64,000 bases of DNA from Bacillota bacterium. Lineage in GTDB: Bacteria; Bacillota; Ch66; Ch109. How positions within the stretch are numbered: the first letter of the stretch is position 1; the number at the start of each line of letters is the position of its first letter. Positions 9,495 to 20,018 of the stretch are shown here, piece after piece. The notes below the pieces were generated by a model. The model searched no databases. It saw only the letters and a program-made list of their open reading frames with translations, and was not told where the DNA came from. The stretch is taken from contig JBMNLH010000001.1 in assembly GCA_050952625.1 (NCBI GenBank), forward strand, positions 608,001-672,000. The letters run 5' to 3'. The position numbers were made by a program, and so were the translations under genes.

Positions 9495-9627
9495 TATTGA
9501 TAAAGGCAAACTTGGTGAAAACCGAGGACGCAAAACCACGGGCCTAAAGCATAATGCTACGGCGGCCGGGTTGCCGAAGAAATAATTCTAAAGCTTTTTA
9601 GATGAGTTCTCTTCGGAGGACTCTTTT
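9495..9627 (+). ncRNA. c-di-GMP-I (GEMM) riboswitch with intrinsic terminator
   Basis: AAAGGCAAAC-TTGGT-GAAA-ACCGAGG-ACGCAAAAC..GGGCCTAA..GGCGGCCGGGTTGCCGAA aptamer. Terminator GAGTTCTC-TTCG-GAGGACTC-TTTT at 9604-9627. Confidence 0.92.
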
Positions 9628-9791
9628 AATATCTTTAGTGGTTTAGAGATTAGAATATATTTATTCACTCAGCTTGCTGAAAAGTGGGGGTGGTCAATAG
9701 GGTACGAATAAAGCAGTGTCAAATTATCAAACGCATCTATTCTCGAAATAGTATTTTAGTCAAATTATAATTTTGGAGGAGGCAGTTTTTT

Positions 9792-10928
9792 ATGAGTCAA
9801 TTGATTGATTCCTTTCGTACTCTAGCTGAGTTTTTGGTCAATACATATGAAGGGGAATGTATTTACTTTACTACGGACCTGGAAAAGTATAATTTTGTCA
9901 TGAGTAAAGGCCTTGACATACCTGGGATTCAGGTCGGCGAACGCTTGATAGAGGGTGGTAATCTGCAAAAATGCATTCGGGAGAACCGGTCGCTTGAGGG
10001 GACTATTGAACGGGTTGTTTATGGACAACGGCTCAAATTCTATATACGGCCGATTGTCGAAGAGGGCGAGGTTAAGGGCTGTTACGGGGTCTATATCCAT
10101 AAACTGCACCGGGTGGCCCGCGCTTTTCCTGACTTTGCCGGACCCTTGGCTGAAGCCTTCCCGGAAGGGGCATTTCTAATGGTGACTGACATGGAGAAGG
10201 TCGCCTACCGTCAGGGGTCTAACAAGTTTGATATTCCAGTCATGCAATCGGGGACTATCCTAAAAGATGATGGCATTGCCAAGGAGGCCATGCGCCTAAA
10301 CCAGGGCTTAACCAAAGAGCTTGACGCCAGCCTTTATGGTGTTGCGACGCGCGGCACCAGCATTCCCCTGTATGACCCGGATGACAAGCAGCTGGTTGGG
10401 ACATTTGGCATTTATATGCCGATGACCCTGGCTCACAATCTGCAAGAACTGGCTATGAAGATGAATACCGGGGTACAAGAGATTGCCTCAGTCATGGAAG
10501 AGGTAGCGGCGGCGGCCAGTGATATTTCTATGAACCAGGGTCAGTTGGCGGAGCGAGTCAAAGAGGTTGCGAGTATTTCCGGCGAGATTAATGAAGTTTT
10601 GGATTTCATTAAGTCAGTCGCTGACCAGACTAAAATGCTCGGCTTAAATGCGGCGATTGAGGCAGCCCGGGCCGGTGAGCACGGACGGGGATTTGGTGTG
10701 GTCGCTGAGGAAATCCGTAAACTGAGCGACCAGTCGAAAGAGACTGCGGACCGGATCCGTAAACTAATGAAAGAGATTAATGACCGGATTCAGGATGTTT
10801 CTGAGGCCTCCAATAGCAGTTTGAAACAAAGCCAGGAGCAGGCGGCCGCGACCGAAGAAGTCACCGCTTCGGTTATGGAGATTGGACAATTGGCGGAGAA
10901 ACTAACAGAAACAGCCAGGTCTTTGTAA
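9792..10928 (+). CDS. Soluble methyl-accepting chemotaxis protein with tandem N-terminal sensor repeats
   Basis: [33 protein letters not shown] hairpin tip; no TM segments. Confidence 0.9.
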   Translation: MSQLIDSFRTLAEFLVNTYEGECIYFTTDLEKYNFVMSKGLDIPGIQVGERLIEGGNLQKCIRENRSLEGTIERVVYGQRLKFYIRPIVEEGEVKGCYGVYIHKLHRVARAFPDFAGPLAEAFPEGAFLMVTDMEKVAYRQGSNKFDIPVMQSGTILKDDGIAKEAMRLNQGLTKELDASLYGVATRGTSIPLYDPDDKQLVGTFGIYMPMTLAHNLQELAMKMNTGVQEIASVMEEVAAAASDISMNQGQLAERVKEVASISGEINEVLDFIKSVADQTKMLGLNAAIEAARAGEHGRGFGVVAEEIRKLSDQSKETADRIRKLMKEINDRIQDVSEASNSSLKQSQEQAAATEEVTASVMEIGQLAEKLTETARSL

Positions 10929-10945
10929 GATAAGGAGGTTGGATC

Positions 10946-11365
10946 ATGGATAGTATCCAAATGGTCGCTTTTCGTCTGGAGGATAACTATTTTGGGATTG
11001 ATATTATGAAAGCCAAAGAAATAATGGGCCTAGCCCCGATCACCCAATTGCCTCTTTTGGCTTCTTATATGCGGGGGGTAATTGATGTACGGGGCAAGGT
11101 CGTCCCAGTGGTCGATACCCGGATGAAACTAGGCTTGGGCAGCGGAGAAATTACTGATGAATCTCGCCTGTTACTGGTGGAGAATAAGGGAAAAATTGTC
11201 GCCTTACTAGTGGACGAAGTATCCGAAGTGATTACGCTGACCAGTGAGCAAATCGAACCAATTGCCGGCATTGAGACCGGGTTTGGTTCGGTTGACGGAA
11301 TCGAGGGGATCGCTCGCTTAGATAACCAACTTTTAATTTATTTAGATACAGATAAGTTGCTCTAA
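10946..11365 (+). CDS. cheW: CheW chemotaxis adaptor
   Basis: FGIDI..VIDVRGKVVPVVD..LLVDEVSEV. Confidence 0.92.
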   Translation: MDSIQMVAFRLEDNYFGIDIMKAKEIMGLAPITQLPLLASYMRGVIDVRGKVVPVVDTRMKLGLGSGEITDESRLLLVENKGKIVALLVDEVSEVITLTSEQIEPIAGIETGFGSVDGIEGIARLDNQLLIYLDTDKLL

Positions 11366-11390
11366 ATATCTACAGATAGCAAGATTACCC

Positions 11391-11446
11391 AAGAACCAGC
11401 AGGGATTTCTAATTCAGTGTCGAATTCCCTGTATTGGTTCTTTTTT
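11391..11446 (+). terminator. Terminator of the MCP-cheW unit
   Basis: AAGAACCA-CAGGGA..TCCCTG-TGGTTCTT stem followed by a T tract. Confidence 0.7.
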
Positions 11447-11471
11447 ATTTGTCGAACATTTATTTGTCGAA
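11399..11471 (+). promoter_or_regulatory. Sigma-H-like promoter and three Spo0A boxes upstream of the SpoIID/LytB gene
   Basis: GCAGGGATT-11nt-GTCGAAT; TGTCGAA at 11418, 11450 and 11465. Confidence 0.6.
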
Positions 11472-11483
11472 ACAGGGGGTGAA

Positions 11484-13211
11484 GTGATGCGGCGGTCTGG
11501 TTGCCGGCGTGATCGTTATAGACAAATATTTACTCAGTGCTTGGATAATAAGCAAGATTCAAAGCGGTCTCAAACCAGGGTTGCTGTTTTAATGCTGCTG
11601 TTTTTAGGCCTATCTTTAATCCCGGTCAATCCATTAACCAAAGCAGCAACTTTGCCGGAAAAAATCAAGATAGGCGTGGTTACCGATAGTTCCAGTCTTG
11701 ACTTTGGCGTTAAACAGGGGACTTATTCTCTAGTTGATTCGGGAACGGGTCGGACCATTGTCGATTCAATTACCAAGGGAGACACCTTTCGGGCCCAATT
11801 GGAATTAAATACGGCGCACATTGGGGTCTATCGCTACCTTGGTAGCCCTGGCGGAGAAAAGAGTTCTGTGGTTCGCGCGCCTGAACCGGAAGCCTCAGCA
11901 AATACTAATAAAGATAAGTCAGTGACTGCGGCCCGGAATGGGGTTAACGGACCGGCAGAGCAAGACACGACTACTGGCGAGGATAGTAATCAAAATACTA
12001 TAAGCGACAGCAGCGACCAAAACGACGAAAACAAGAAAAATCAACAGAAGCAGCCAATTATTGTCGGGGACTGGGAATATATTGGTGCTTTCAAAGGACC
12101 GATCTGTCTGAAGCCAAAAGGGAATTCCAGTAGTTCTGGCAGCACCCCCTCGCATTTGTTTCGGTGCGATTCAAGACGCTATCGCGGGCAACTAGAAATA
12201 AGGGTAAATGCAGGACGAAACGGTTTAACTGGGATTAATGAACTGCCCTTAGAAGAATATTTATACGGAGTGGTCGGTCGAGAAGTCAGTAGCGGGTGGC
12301 CTTTAGAAGCCCTGAAGGCTCAGGCGATTATTGCGCGGACCTACGCGGTGCGGGGGTTAAACCGACATATTTCTGAGGGGTATAACCTGTGCAGCACGAC
12401 CAATTGCCAAGCTTACGGTGGTTATGATTATGAGGCTGAGTCCATAATTCGGTCGGTCAAGGAAACGAGTGGGCAAGTTCTTCTAGACAACCAAGGACAA
12501 TTGGCAGTCACTCTGTATCACTCCAACAGTGGCGGATACACCGAGAATAACGTGAATGTGTTCGGAGCCGATCTCCCTTATCTTCAAGGGAGGCCTGATC
12601 CTTATAGCCTAGGCTACGGGTTGGCAGATTGGAGTTATTCTACGGTAGTCAACGGAAAGAATAGTCGGGGGGAAGACGGATTAAGAGATTTATTGCTTAG
12701 AAATAATCCGAGTTTTGGTCTTGTGGATTCAATCGAGTTAGTAAAGTATCCTTCGGGTCGGGTTGACTCGGTGATTATCAAAGATGACCGCGGTAATACT
12801 ATAACCATGACGGGTGGGAGTTTTGGCAGCCTTTTCAATCCTAATTATGCTACGGTCAGTCGGGAACGGGTGATGGGACGGTTGTTTGATCTTAACACTG
12901 ATGCTGCTATCGCGATGCTCAATGGCCATGGTGAACGAACAACCCAACAAGGTGGGGTCCGGCAGTTAGCTGTTGTGTCAGCCAGTGGGGTAAGCCAAGG
13001 TCTGGCCGGGGTTGAAACCAACTATTTCGTGGCCGGAGCAGATGGTAAATACCTGCGGCCAAAAGCCCCGGGAACCTTAGAATTTCAAGGGCACGGCTGG
13101 GGGCATGGTGTTGGTTTATCCCAGTGGGGAGCCTACGGGATGGCCCAGCAGGGATTTAAGTATCAAGAGATCCTGGACTTTTACTACCCGGGTACCCAGT
13201 TAAGTCGATAG
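11484..13211 (+). CDS. SpoIID/LytB-domain peptidoglycan hydrolase
   Basis: EEYLYGVVGRE, EALKAQAIIARTY, CQAYGG, GHGWGHGVGLSQWGA, YYPG; signal/TM segment; polar low-complexity insert. Confidence 0.9.
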   Translation: MMRRSGCRRDRYRQIFTQCLDNKQDSKRSQTRVAVLMLLFLGLSLIPVNPLTKAATLPEKIKIGVVTDSSSLDFGVKQGTYSLVDSGTGRTIVDSITKGDTFRAQLELNTAHIGVYRYLGSPGGEKSSVVRAPEPEASANTNKDKSVTAARNGVNGPAEQDTTTGEDSNQNTISDSSDQNDENKKNQQKQPIIVGDWEYIGAFKGPICLKPKGNSSSSGSTPSHLFRCDSRRYRGQLEIRVNAGRNGLTGINELPLEEYLYGVVGREVSSGWPLEALKAQAIIARTYAVRGLNRHISEGYNLCSTTNCQAYGGYDYEAESIIRSVKETSGQVLLDNQGQLAVTLYHSNSGGYTENNVNVFGADLPYLQGRPDPYSLGYGLADWSYSTVVNGKNSRGEDGLRDLLLRNNPSFGLVDSIELVKYPSGRVDSVIIKDDRGNTITMTGGSFGSLFNPNYATVSRERVMGRLFDLNTDAAIAMLNGHGERTTQQGGVRQLAVVSASGVSQGLAGVETNYFVAGADGKYLRPKAPGTLEFQGHGWGHGVGLSQWGAYGMAQQGFKYQEILDFYYPGTQLSR

Positions 13212-13294
13212 CTTCCCTGCCGTTAAGCAGCACTTCCCAAAATCATGATCGCGCCGTGTATTGACGGAGGTCAGCGATTGACGTTTAATTTTAC

Positions 13295-13337
13295 TAACCG
13301 CCCATGCCTGAAGGGCACAACCACTGATGAAAATAGC
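13295..13337 (+). repeat. Dispersed repeat family A, copy 2
   Basis: TAACCGCCCATGCCTGAAGGGCACAACCACTGATGAAAATAGC. Confidence 0.88.
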
Positions 13338-13367
13338 TATAATAGATGAACACAGGAGAAATAATGG

Positions 13368-14432
13368 ATGCTGGTTTCTGAATTTGATTATAACCTGCCC
13401 GAAGAACTAATTGCCCAGGAGCCTGGTGAGCAACGTGACCAATCTCGGTTGCTGGTGGTTCACCGGGCTTCCTCTTTCTTGGAACACCGGCTTTTTTGCC
13501 ATTTAGTCGATTACGTTCAGCCCGGCGACGTTTTAGTGTTAAATGAAACCCGAGTAATTCCAGCCCGTTTAATGGGGTATCGTTATGATACTGGTTCCCC
13601 AGTTGAAGTGTTCTTACTTCACCCCTCGAAGCAACCTTTAGTCTGGGAAGCACTGGTCAAACCAGGACGCAAGGCCAAAACTGGATCTCGGCTAGTATTT
13701 GGCTCGAATCAACTACAATTAAAAGGAACCGTTCTCAGGGTGACCGAGAACGGAAGTCGGGTTATTGAATTTGAACTTCCTGGGAGTTCTGAAGTTGATC
13801 TACCGCGGGAGTTTGAAGACATCCTGGAGATACTAGGACAAACCCCGCTTCCGCCTTATATTAACCGAGCTCCGCGAAAAGAAGACCGAGAACGATACCA
13901 AACGGTTTATGCTCGGGAAAAAGGTTCCGTAGCCGCCCCAACCGCCGGTCTGCATTTTACGCCGGCACTACTGAGGCAGCTGGGCGAAAAGGGAGTAAGC
14001 CTTGTGCCGCTGGTGTTGCATGTTGGTCTGGGGACGTTTCGCCCAGTCAAAGTTGAGCGGGTGGAACAGCACCAGATGCATTCCGAGTACTATCGGATCT
14101 CAAGTCAAGCCGCGGAAACGATTAATCGAAGCCGCGCCGAGGGAGGAAGGGCTATTGCGGTAGGAACAACCGCGGCTCGGGTTCTTGAAACAGTGGCGGA
14201 TGAACAAGGAAAAATTTGGCCAGGCGAGGGGTGGACTGATATCTTCATTTATCCGGGGTATCGCTTTAAGGCGGTGGACGGTTTAATCACTAATTTTCAT
14301 CTGCCCCGTTCCACCTTGCTAATGCTAGTGTCCGCTCTGGCCGGCCGCGATTTAATTCTGCATGCTTATCAGGAGGCAGTGGCCCAGAAGTATCGCTTTT
14401 TTAGCTATGGTGACGCGATGTTCATTATTTAA
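13368..14432 (+). CDS. queA: SAM:tRNA ribosyltransferase-isomerase
   Basis: LPEELIAQ, PLPPYI, AAPTAGLHF, TNFHLP, FFSYGDAM. Confidence 0.97.
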   Translation: MLVSEFDYNLPEELIAQEPGEQRDQSRLLVVHRASSFLEHRLFCHLVDYVQPGDVLVLNETRVIPARLMGYRYDTGSPVEVFLLHPSKQPLVWEALVKPGRKAKTGSRLVFGSNQLQLKGTVLRVTENGSRVIEFELPGSSEVDLPREFEDILEILGQTPLPPYINRAPRKEDRERYQTVYAREKGSVAAPTAGLHFTPALLRQLGEKGVSLVPLVLHVGLGTFRPVKVERVEQHQMHSEYYRISSQAAETINRSRAEGGRAIAVGTTAARVLETVADEQGKIWPGEGWTDIFIYPGYRFKAVDGLITNFHLPRSTLLMLVSALAGRDLILHAYQEAVAQKYRFFSYGDAMFII

Positions 14433-14490
14433 TGCCAATTTTTAAGTGGAAGCTCGCAGAAATATGTTATAATTGTGAAGTATGTTATAA

Positions 14491-15651
<1,161 letters not shown>

Positions 15652-15656
15652 TTTAA

Positions 15657-15962
15657 GTGGATAATACGTTTCTTTTGTATTTAGTCGGTTTTTTGGCACT
15701 GATGTGGTTTTTGATGATTGCTCCCCAGCGAAAAAAAGAGAAAGAACGGCGCCGCATGTTGGACAACTTGGCGGTAAACGACCGGGTGGTGACTATTGGC
15801 GGAATATATGGCTACATAGATGAGATTCGAGAGGAAACCGTGGTTTTGGAAATTGCTGATGGGGTTGCGATTGAGGTGTTAAAAAACGCGATTGCCTTTG
15901 TTAAAAATGAAGAAGATACTGAGGAAGAAGCAGAACCAGAGGACGAGACGGAAGCTAAGTAG
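15657..15962 (+). CDS. yajC: Preprotein translocase subunit YajC
   Basis: N-terminal TM, PQRKK, VVTIGGIYG. Confidence 0.93.
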   Translation: MDNTFLLYLVGFLALMWFLMIAPQRKKEKERRRMLDNLAVNDRVVTIGGIYGYIDEIREETVVLEIADGVAIEVLKNAIAFVKNEEDTEEEAEPEDETEAK

Positions 15963-16030
15963 ACCAGATCCGGACAATTATAAGGGTTTGATGCTGATTA
16001 GAGCACGTTTCAGGGAGGAAGTTTGAGGGA

Positions 16031-16702
16031 ATGGAGAAGAAGTTGACCTTAGAAGACCTTAAACAGGATCGAATGGTTGATACTTTCATTCGGTTAGGGA
16101 ACCAGTACTTGGGAGAGATGGGTTATACCGAACATGGGTATCGCCACCTGGGAGTAGTAACTAGTCGGATACAGCGGATTATGCAATCGCTGGAGTTTTC
16201 GGAACGAGAGGTGGAACTAGCTGCTATCGCTGCTTATATGCATGACATCGGTAATGTGGTCAATCGAGTGGGCCATAGTCAGTCCGGGGCCTTGTTAGCT
16301 TATCATATCCTAACTAGGCACGGGATGCCGCTAGAAGAGATTTCCGTCATCTTAGCGGCAATCGGCAACCACGATGAGGGGAGTGGTGGTGTTCCAGTTA
16401 ACGCGATTGCCGCGGCGTTGATTTTGGCGGATAAGTCGGATGTCCACCGCAGTCGGGTCAGAAATCAAGATATCGCTACTTTCGATATTCACGACCGGGT
16501 TAACTATGCCGTGGAGGATTCGGATTTGCGGGTTGATGGACAGGAAAAGACAATCACGATGGAACTAAAAATTGACATTAGTATTTGCCCGGTCATGGAG
16601 TATTTTGAAATCTTTCTCACCCGGATGGTCCTCTGCCGTCGAGCGGCTAGTTTTCTGAAAACTCAATTTCGTCTGCTGATTAATGATGCCCGGTTACTGT
16701 AG
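16031..16702 (+). CDS. HD-domain phosphohydrolase
   Basis: EHGYRH, HDIGN, GNHDE, ADKSD. Confidence 0.85.
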   Translation: MEKKLTLEDLKQDRMVDTFIRLGNQYLGEMGYTEHGYRHLGVVTSRIQRIMQSLEFSEREVELAAIAAYMHDIGNVVNRVGHSQSGALLAYHILTRHGMPLEEISVILAAIGNHDEGSGGVPVNAIAAALILADKSDVHRSRVRNQDIATFDIHDRVNYAVEDSDLRVDGQEKTITMELKIDISICPVMEYFEIFLTRMVLCRRAASFLKTQFRLLINDARLL

Positions 16703-16703
16703 A

Positions 16704-16810
16704 GTGATCTTGTTCAGCTTTGCTGAACATCAAGATCTTCAGCTGGAGACTCTACTCCACCCGGAGTTTTAACAAGGTGACCTCCGCTTATAGAAGTGGA
16801 AATGGGAGTC
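16704..16810 (-). mobile_element. IS200/IS605 (TnpB) right-end-like relic / MITE
   Basis: Minus strand GACTCCC..CCACTTCTATAAGCGGAG..GGTGGAGTAGAGTCTCCA..GATGTTCAGCAAAGCTGAACAAGATCAC. Perfect TGTTCAGC-ttt-GCTGAACA hairpin and TCAC end; no transposase ORF. Confidence 0.5.
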
Positions 16811-16847
16811 GTTGATTCAGATAAGATCTGACACCGGTTGTTTTTCG

Positions 16848-16877
16848 TTGACACTTTTCAACAGTGAGGTTTATAAT
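16848..16877 (+). promoter_or_regulatory. Sigma-A promoter for secDF
   Basis: TTGACA-18nt-TATAAT. Confidence 0.7.
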
Positions 16878-16962
16878 CAACCTGTCTGTTTATCAATTGG
16901 GGAGATAGTTTCTAACCTTAATATTAAGACGTAGTTAAGAAGGAGTTAAAGGGGGAAAGGGG

Positions 16963-18180
16963 ATGCACAGGGGCAGTAGTGTCCATATTTTTCTAGTCAT
17001 AGCAACTATCCTGGTTGTTATTGCCGCTGCAGTAGCGGGGGTCAACCCCATCAGACAAAACATTAATCTAGGTCTCGACTTACAGGGCGGGATTCATGTT
17101 GTGCTGGAGGCTGTGGACACGCCTGAGGCACCAGTTACGCCAGAAGCAGTCAAAGGAGCTGCCGGCGTAATTCGGACTCGGGTCGACCAGTTAGGGCTGA
17201 AAGAACCGATTATTCAGCCGGAAGGTAATAATCGAATAATCGTTGAGTTAGCCGGGGTACAGGACCCGGAGGAAGCGGTTGAGCTGATCGGCAAGACCGC
17301 GATGCTGGAGTTTAAAAACCCAGAGGGCGAGACGGTTCTGCTGGGAAATGAACTCAAGGACGCCCGGGCCGGGCTTAACCCGAACGGAACCCCTGAGGTG
17401 CATTTAACCTTTAATCCTCAAGGGGCCGAAACCTTTAAACAGATCACAACAGACAATGTTGGCCGGCAGATTGCCATTTATCTAGACGGGAATCTATTAA
17501 CCAATCCAGTGGTCAAAGAACCGATTCCTAACGGGGAAGCGGTCATCAGCGGCGGTTATCAAAGCTTGGAAGAAGCGGAAAACGACGCAATCTTACTTCG
17601 TTCCGGGGCCTTGCCGGTAAAGCTGGAGATGATGGAAAAACGGACCGTTGGTCCGGTTCTAGGTGAAGAATCCCTGCAAAAGAGTTTCAAAGCCGGCTTA
17701 ATCGGGATTGCGGCGATTTTAGTCTTTATGATTGGCTTCTATCGATTGTCCGGTTTCATTGCTGATTTTTCTCTGGTTCTGTATGCTTTATTAGTCCTGG
17801 GAATCTTGGCTATCTTCCAGGCGACACTGACCCTGCCGGGGATTGCCGGGTTCATTTTGTCCATTGGTATGGCGGTTGATGCCAATATCCTTATCTACGA
17901 GCGAATCAAGGAAGAGTTGCGGGCTGGTAAAACCCTGATGGCCGGGATTGATGCTGGTTTCACCCGGGCTTTCTGGACGATTTTTGACTCCAATCTGACG
18001 ACGCTGATCGGAGCTGGCGTACTCTACTACTTTGGCAGCGGTTCGATCAAAGGATTTGCCTTGACTTTGAGCATTGGGATATTGTGCAGTATGTTCACTG
18101 CGATCACCTTTACCCGGTTTATGCTCCGATCAACCGCCCGGTCTCAACTGATTACCAATCCCAAACTTTATGGAGCTTAG
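16963..18180 (+). CDS. secD: Protein translocase subunit SecD
   Basis: LGLDLQGG, LRSGALP, GMAVDANILIYERIKEE. Confidence 0.96.
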   Translation: MHRGSSVHIFLVIATILVVIAAAVAGVNPIRQNINLGLDLQGGIHVVLEAVDTPEAPVTPEAVKGAAGVIRTRVDQLGLKEPIIQPEGNNRIIVELAGVQDPEEAVELIGKTAMLEFKNPEGETVLLGNELKDARAGLNPNGTPEVHLTFNPQGAETFKQITTDNVGRQIAIYLDGNLLTNPVVKEPIPNGEAVISGGYQSLEEAENDAILLRSGALPVKLEMMEKRTVGPVLGEESLQKSFKAGLIGIAAILVFMIGFYRLSGFIADFSLVLYALLVLGILAIFQATLTLPGIAGFILSIGMAVDANILIYERIKEELRAGKTLMAGIDAGFTRAFWTIFDSNLTTLIGAGVLYYFGSGSIKGFALTLSIGILCSMFTAITFTRFMLRSTARSQLITNPKLYGA

Positions 18181-18192
18181 GAGGGGAGTTAG

Positions 18193-19209
18193 ATGAAGCA
18201 GACAGGACGCAACAAGGGGAAAGGTCAAAAAGGCCCGTCAAAATCAGTCGAACAGTTCGCTCCTCACGGCTCTGATCGAATAGAAGCGGGAGTTGAACAG
18301 GCAACTACGAAGTCGCGCCGGGTGATAGATTTTGCGGGAAGGCGGAAGATTTGGTATCTTATTTCCTTAATTCTTATTATTCCAGGCCTGATATCCCTGG
18401 CTGCTCAAGGGCTAAATCTGGGGATTGATTTTACTGGTGGTTCTATGCTGCATATTCGGGTTTCCAGTGAAACCATCGACACCGGTCAGGTACGCACTGC
18501 CGTCGAGAGTTTTGGTTTGGAAAAAGCCCCCGGGATTCAGTCATCCGGGCCCCAGGAATTCCTGATCCGGACTGAGGAACTGTCGCAAGAAAGAATGACG
18601 GAACTCGTTGGCAGTTTACAGACACAACTGGGGAACGTAGAAGTCTTGCGGCATGAGAATGTAGGGGCCTTGATCGGGGAGGAACTGGCCCGTAATGCCT
18701 TATATGCTCTGGGCATTGCTGCTGTTCTAATGTTACTGTATATTACGCTGCGGTTCGAATTCAGGTTTGGCTTAGCAGCGTTCCTGGCTTTATTACATGA
18801 TGCCTTGATTGTGATCGGTGTTTTCTCTCTGTTTCAAATTGAGGTTGCTGGTGCTTTTGTGGCTGCCATTCTGACTGTTTTGGGTTATTCGATTAATGAT
18901 ACGATCGTCATCTTTGACCGGATCCGGGAAAACCGCAAAAATTACCCGCGTTGGGGGCTAGTTGAGCTGGTTAACCGCAGTGTGACCCAAACCCTGACCC
19001 GGTCGATTAACACCTCTTTAACTGTTATCTTCTGCCTGGTCGCCTTGTTGGTGTTTGGGGGTTCGACAATTCAAATTTTTGCCTTTGCCCTCTTAATCGG
19101 AGTCGTTGTTGGTGTCTATTCTTCTATCTGTATTGCTAGTCCATTGTGGCTTGATCTTACGGAAATGAATAGGAATAAAGGGAGAAAATTAGCACCGAAT
19201 GCTCGTTAA
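18193..19209 (+). CDS. secF: Protein translocase subunit SecF
   Basis: LGIDFTGG, GYSINDTIVIFDRIREN, TLTRSINT. Confidence 0.96.
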   Translation: MKQTGRNKGKGQKGPSKSVEQFAPHGSDRIEAGVEQATTKSRRVIDFAGRRKIWYLISLILIIPGLISLAAQGLNLGIDFTGGSMLHIRVSSETIDTGQVRTAVESFGLEKAPGIQSSGPQEFLIRTEELSQERMTELVGSLQTQLGNVEVLRHENVGALIGEELARNALYALGIAAVLMLLYITLRFEFRFGLAAFLALLHDALIVIGVFSLFQIEVAGAFVAAILTVLGYSINDTIVIFDRIRENRKNYPRWGLVELVNRSVTQTLTRSINTSLTVIFCLVALLVFGGSTIQIFAFALLIGVVVGVYSSICIASPLWLDLTEMNRNKGRKLAPNAR

Positions 19210-19276
19210 GCAGCGAAATTAAATTTCATAAAACCCGATCCTTGCCAAGGAGATTAATGTAAAAATTAGCTAGATT

Positions 19277-19308
19277 AGGACATCCTATAAATATGGGGTG
19301 TCTTTTTT
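19277..19308 (+). terminator. Terminator after secF
   Basis: AGGACATCCTATA/TATGGGGTGTCTT stem plus T tract. Confidence 0.75.
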
Positions 19309-19311
19309 ATT

Positions 19312-19354
19312 TCACTGCTCATGTCCGCTAGGCATAACCACGGATAGAAATAGA
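19312..19354 (+). repeat. Dispersed repeat family A, copy 3 (degenerate)
   Basis: TCACTGCTCATGTCCGCTAGGCATAACCACGGATAGAAATAGA aligns ungapped to copies 2 and 4. Confidence 0.55.
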
Positions 19355-19435
19355 GAACATAAGTTTGTTTGCAATTAGCATTTATAACTAATCAACTTGA
19401 ATCCTTCCTCACGTGTAAAGGAGGTTGAGCGGTCC

Positions 19436-19762
19436 ATGGCAGGTAAAAATCCAAGACAGCCGTCCCGTTGGTGGACTTGTTGGTTAGTCTTAGTGCTAGC
19501 GGCTGGAATTTGGTTAGGCGCTAGCGGGGCGGATACAATCCGTTTTTGGCAATATGGCTTGATAGTCATATTAATAATTGGAATTGAAGGGGTTATTGAG
19601 CTCAAACTAAAGCCTATAATTGGCCAAATAAATCGCGAAAAAGCGGTGAGTCGGGTTTTAACCAGCATCGGGACTATTTTGGCGGCAACCGTCATCTTTG
19701 GTTCGGTCGTGGGGAGTGGGGTCTGGTGGCTGCATCTTGAAGACATCTCTGGTCACAGTTAG
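19436..19762 (+). CDS. Hypothetical membrane protein, probably frameshifted near 19745
   Basis: AAGGAGG RBS, three hydrophobic helices. A hydrophobic continuation (LWSQLAVD..FGGFIILI) runs in another frame to 19863. Confidence 0.55.
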   Translation: MAGKNPRQPSRWWTCWLVLVLAAGIWLGASGADTIRFWQYGLIVILIIGIEGVIELKLKPIIGQINREKAVSRVLTSIGTILAATVIFGSVVGSGVWWLHLEDISGHS

Positions 19763-20018
19763 CGGTTGACCGCTCCGGATTGAAAGAGGGACTAATCGCC
19801 CTGGGCTGGGCACTTGCTTTGAGGTTTGGCGTGCTGTTTGGCGGATTTATTATCCTAATTTAATACTTGGTTATTATCGCTATTATTGAATAGCTCTCTA
19901 TACAGCTTGGCTCCACCAACAGAATAGGAAGAGCTGATTACACTGGTGTTTTAACGCCGGCTAGCAATTGGCGGTTAAGGGCTAATTATTTTCAGCGGGT
20001 GCAGGAAAACGTCGGAAG

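Noticed and set aside
9495-9580. 3',3'-cGAMP (GEMM-Ib) riboswitch variant
   Set aside because: The discriminating position is G, and the nearby cyclase looks like an ordinary GGDEF enzyme.
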